From NCBI GenBank assembly GCA_002269645.1, contig NIVC01002193.1, positions 130,764 to 194,763 of the forward strand: a DNA stretch of 64,000 nt. Reading direction: 5' to 3'. The DNA is from Macrostomum lignano (Eukaryota). Positions 59,393 through 64,000 of this stretch are shown in pieces; the stretch's first letter is position 1, and each line of letters opens with the position of its first letter. The position numbers and the translations under genes were made by a program. The notes below the pieces were generated by a model that saw only the letters and a list, made by a program, of their open reading frames with translations, had not been told where the DNA came from and searched no databases.

Positions 59393-60262
59393 AGAATCTG
59401 GGTCATGGGATTATGGAACGTGGGTCATGGGATTATGGAAAGTGGGTCATGGGATGATAGAATATGGGTCATGGGATTATGGAATCTGGGTCATGGAATT
59501 ATGGAAAGTTCGTCATGGAATTATAGAATTATGTCATGGGATGATAGAATATGGTTTATGGGATTATAGAATCTAGGCTATGCGATTATAGAATCTCGGT
59601 CATGGGATTATGGAATCGGGGTCATGGGATTAGAAAATCTGGGTCATGGGATTATAGAATCGGGGTCATGGGATTATAGAATCGGGGTCATGGATTAGAA
59701 AATCTGGGTCATGGGATTATAGAATCGGGGTCATGGGATTATAGAATCGGGGTCATGGAATTAGAAAATCTGGGTCATGGGATTATAGAATCGGGGTCAT
59801 GGGATTATAGAATCGGGGTCATGGTATTAGAAAATCTGGGTCATGGGATTATAGAATCGGGGTCATGGGATTATAGAATCGGGGTCATGGTATTAGAAAA
59901 TCTGGGTCATGGGATTATAGAATCGGGGTCATGGGATTATAGAATCGGGGTCATGGTATTAGAAAATCTGGGTCATGGGATTATAGAATCGGGGTCATGG
60001 GATTATAGAATCGGGGTCATGGTATTAGAAAATCTGGGTCATGGGATTGTAGAATCTGGGTCATGGGATTATAGAATCTGGGTCATGAGATTATAGAATC
60101 TAGGTCATGAGATTATAGAATCTGGTTCATGGGATTACAGAATCTTGGGTCATGGGATTATAGAATCTGAGTCAAGGGATCGATTATATAAATCTGGGTC
60201 AAAGGAATTTAGAATTTGGGTCATAGGATTATTGAGTCGGGTCAAGGGATTATAGAATCTGG
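59393..60262. repeat. Minisatellite, 22 bp (GGGTCATGGGATTATAGAATCN) with a 66-bp higher-order block
   Basis: Same family as 58573-58938. Confidence 0.93.
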
Positions 60263-60857
60263 ACATTCGCAACATATCAGGCAACATCAACCTATCCATC
60301 ATTGCATTGCAGTTGTCAGTGAAACAGCAGCAGCGGAAACCGCAGGCCTTGAAGGAGATTAATTAAGGAGCGGACTAACAAAATCTGCCAATTCTATCTT
60401 ACCCATACAAAGGCAAACTTGCTTTGAAAATACTGGACAATACTGCAATTTAAAACGCTTACTGGGCTTGGCTTTTGTGTCTATTTTGCCCAGATATTTT
60501 TCCTATTTTTGAGTTAAGGATTGTTCTCACATCTCATACGGAGTTGCTTGAGTGCTCAAATACAGCAAGAACTCAATACACACCCGATGTGAATCGCGGA
60601 AAATCAATATTTTCAAAAGCTATAAATTAAATAATGCTCTCGCATTGATTTTTTTAGTTATAGTCATCAACCAATTACGTTGCGATGAATGCAAGGACCA
60701 ATAGGAGTTTCAGGTATTTAAACTACACTCAATCATAGCTTATACACCCAATCAGGTAGAGAATTCTATTAAAATTCGGTATCAAATGTAGAAATAAAGA
60801 TCTGTGGCAAGAATATTTGCTTTGAAATTCTCCTCCTGATCGTCTTCTTATCAACTC

Positions 60858-61092
60858 GATTGGCTTCATTGTCTATGGCCGAGAGCAGTTCTGTGGTAGA
60901 GTTTATGATTGGCTTCATTGTCTATGGCCGAGAGCAGTTCTGTGGTAGAGTTTATGATTGGCTTCATTGTCTATGGCCGAGAGCAGTTCTGTGGTAGTGT
61001 TTTTATTGGCTTCATTTGTCTATGGCCGAGAGCAGTTCTGTGGTAGTGTTTTTATTGGCTTTATTGTCATGGCCGAGAGCAGTTTTGTGGTA
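60858..61092. repeat. Tandem repeat, ~49-50 bp (GATTGGCTTCATTGTCTATGGCCGAGAGCAGTTCTGTGGTAGAGTTTAT), about 5 copies
   Basis: Tandem units read directly. Confidence 0.9.
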
Positions 61093-61780
61093 GTGGAATA
61101 CGAAAAAAGCACTATCAGTCAAATATACATGTACGAGTATGGTATTTCAATTGCCGATAAGAGCGAAAACTCATAGACTAGGGGACATTCTCCGTTTGTC
61201 TAATTATTTGTCTTAATGCCTATGCCATGCACAATACTCTTTTGGTACCAGTGGCACTCGTGTTTGAGGCCGAGCACAGAAGTAACGGACTAATTTCTGC
61301 ATACATGCTAAGCACCTGTACTTCAAATCAGCTACAGCACTTATTTAAAAGTACACACATTTTAGTCAATGCCGCCCACACGTGTTTGATGCTTGCGCGT
61401 CATCAGATCAGCAATCAATCTTAAGCCCGCTCATCGACCCCTCCTCCCAGCCCAGGTAGCCTGTCGGAAATGTCGCACTGAACGGAATGCAGTGTCGGCA
61501 GGGAAATTATCGACCGCGATGGCTACCCGCATGTTGTGGCCGGGTGACCCCACCCGATTTGGGCAACACGAGAAGGGGAGCAACTCATATTTCCCCTTTT
61601 GCTTCCCAGTCTCATACTTCGGGAGCACTGACTGCAACTGAAGGGAAGACAGGGCTGATTTATTCGATTTAGGATCTGATAATAACAATAAGTACAAATG
61701 GCAATTGCAGCACCGGAGTCTGATAGAATGCTAGCAATATACTACTTGTGCAGTGATATGCGGAACAGCTGAGGCCGAGG

Positions 61781-62188
61781 GGTAAACAGGGGAGGCGGTG
61801 GGGTAAACAGGTGAGGCGGTGGGGTAATCAGGGGAGGCGATGGGGTAAACAGGGAAGGCGGTGGGTAAACAGGTGAGGCGGTGGGGTTAACAGGGGAGGC
61901 GGTTGGGGTTAACAGGTGAGGCGGTTGGGGTTAACAGGTGAGGCGGTGGGGTTAACAGGGGAGGCGGTTGGGTTTAACAGGTGAGGCGGTTGGGGTAAAC
62001 AGGTGAGGCGGTGGGGTTAACAGGGGAGGCGGTTGGGGTTAACAGGTGAGGCGGTGGGGTTAACAGGTGAGGCGGTGGGATTAACAGGTGAGGCGGTGGG
62101 GTTAACAGGGGAGGCGGTTGGGTTTAACAGGTGAGGCGGTTGGGGTAAACAGGTGAGGCGGTGGGGTTAACAGGGGAGGCGGTGGGGT
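61781..62188. repeat. Minisatellite, 21-22 bp (GGGGTTAACAGGTGAGGCGGT)
   Basis: Tandem units read directly. Confidence 0.93.
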
Positions 62189-62941
62189 CAAGTTGAGGAC
62201 AACTAAAGACCTGAAATGAAGAACAATCCATTGGAAAGAGCCGCACAGCTCACAATAATGCCATGTTGCAATTATTTGTGTATCAGTGCACAAAGTTTGC
62301 CTGTATCCCAGCATATGACGCAGGCAGACGGAAAATATTAAATTATATTATTAAATAGTTATAACATATTATTTATTATATTAATAAACTTTGAGACGGT
62401 GAGACAGATATCAAGGACATACGAGTACGTTTATACAGTTAGCAATTCATTGTGAGGCGCAAAAAATCCTAATTGAAAAGAGCAGAAGCTTTGGTCTGGA
62501 AATAAGGATCTGAAGAAGTGCACTGTTTAGAATAAATTAATGAGGACACTACAAAAAGCAGACTGGCTATTTGGCCAAGCGGCAAATGACAGCCAATTTG
62601 TAACTGAAGGATTCACTCTTTTATATGTTAAATATGTTAAATTGTGGCAGAAAAAAGCCCTATTCGGCGGGTAAGGAATCTGCTTCAGTCTACAAAGCAG
62701 AGGTGGGAAACAAAAAGCAACAGACAAATGAGCAGAGACAAGCTATCAGAAGTTCTCTAAGAAAATATACTTTCTTCTCAGGAATATTATTTATGGTCTT
62801 TGCTGTGAATTTCAAAAACGATAGAAGCGTTTTTAGATCCTACAGATTGCTCAAGCCACACACTGTGACAAAATACGAGGTATTCGAATAAGTGGAGCAT
62901 AACGCATAAGCAAATAATAAGGATAGTTGACAAAACAAAAT

Positions 62942-63593
62942 CAGTGACATCACCTGGGGATGCGGGAGAGTCGGTGACATCACCTGAGGATTCGGGAGAG
63001 TCGGTGACATCACCTGGGGATGCGGGAGAGTCGGTGACATCACCTGGGGATGCGGGAGAGTCGGTGACATCACTGGGGATGCGGGAGAGTCGGTGACATC
63101 ACCTGAGGATTCGGGAGAGTCGGTGACATCACCTGGGGATGCGGGAGTCGGTGACATCACCTGGGGATGCGGAGAGCGGTGACATCACCTGGGATGCGGA
63201 GAGTCGGTGACATCACCTGGGGATGCCGGAGAGTCGGTGACATCACCTGGGGATGCCGGAGAGTCGGTGACATCACCTGGGGATGCCGGAGAGTCGGTGA
63301 CATCACCTGGGGATGCCGGAGAATCGGTGACATCACCTGGGGATGCCGGAGAGTCGGTGACATCACCTGGGGATGCGGGAGAATCGGTGACATCACCTGG
63401 GGATGCGGGAGAATCGGTGACATCACCTGGGGATGCCGGAGAGTCGGTGACATCACCTGGGGATGCGGGAGAATCGGTGACATCACCTGAGGATGCGGGA
63501 GAATCGGTGACATCACCTAAGGATGCGGGAGAATCGTTGACCTCTCCTGAGGATGGCGGGAGAATCGGTGACATCACCTGGGGATGTGGGAGA
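62942..63593. repeat. Minisatellite, 30 bp (TCGGTGACATCACCTGGGGATGC(C/G)GGAGAG)
   Basis: Tandem units; explains ORFs 63157-63640. Confidence 0.95.
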
Positions 63594-64000
63594 ATTGATT
63601 GAATGATGAGACACTCAGCCAAAGCAAGCCGAGACAGCAAGACACAAAGCCAAAGACAATGCGATTACTTATGAGTAGTAGCGAGAGAGAAAGTGTGCGA
63701 AACTGAAAGACACCAAAAAACAAAACAACACTTATAGCAACGTATAAAATACATACTTAGACAGTGAGAGTAAATTTTCAAAGTTAAATAAACAATTTAT
63801 TGTATGTCGTTTTCTGTGAGAGACAAAGAAGAAAACGTTTTAACTGACAAAAAAGCAGGCAGACAAATTCATTCAAATTTTTTTGACAGCGTGGTAACTT
63901 GGATATAAATAAGCGAAATTATCTTGGGGGAAAAAGCACAAAAAAGCTGTTCTGCCACAAGGAGAGATCGGTAAGTCCGCTGAGTCTACAGTTTAGTGTC

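Noticed and set aside
61431-61697. Possible terminal exon of a minus-strand gene
   Set aside because: A plausible acceptor exists, but no upstream exons or homology could be established.

Overview
Eukaryotic (metazoan) genomic DNA: GC-rich spliced exons separated by introns that are often filled end to end by minisatellites. The style and the retroelement families suggest a free-living flatworm such as Macrostomum; this is inference, not verified. Well-supported genes: CK2 beta (-, with a 1-nt frameshift), TRAM (-), soluble inorganic pyrophosphatase (+) and CFAP58 (-). Also present: an intronless secreted PAN + C-type-lectin gene (+), an unnamed EF-hand-like gene (+), an unknown gene with a perfect (ATEATK)x31 repeat (+) and a single-pass membrane protein (-). 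The best new observation is a hand-assembled 8-exon gene at 55572-59095 (+), mostly missed by the ORF track. It encodes a voltage-sensor-domain-only protein of the Hv1/TMEM266 type that keeps the selectivity Asp but has an atypical S4 (RLSRTVQLCR). The second is a 294-bp MITE with 14-bp TIRs and an 8-bp TSD that carries a 28S rRNA H69-H71 fragment, mutated at the R2/I-PpoI target site. Other mobile DNA: a tRNA-derived SINE family, a 5'-truncated RT-RNase H LINE flanked by (CAA)n, RTE-like remnants, a foldback MITE and hAT-type ends. Most long ORFs in the ORF track are minisatellite artefacts. All gene models were assembled by eye from splice signals and reading-frame phase, and no database searches were run.
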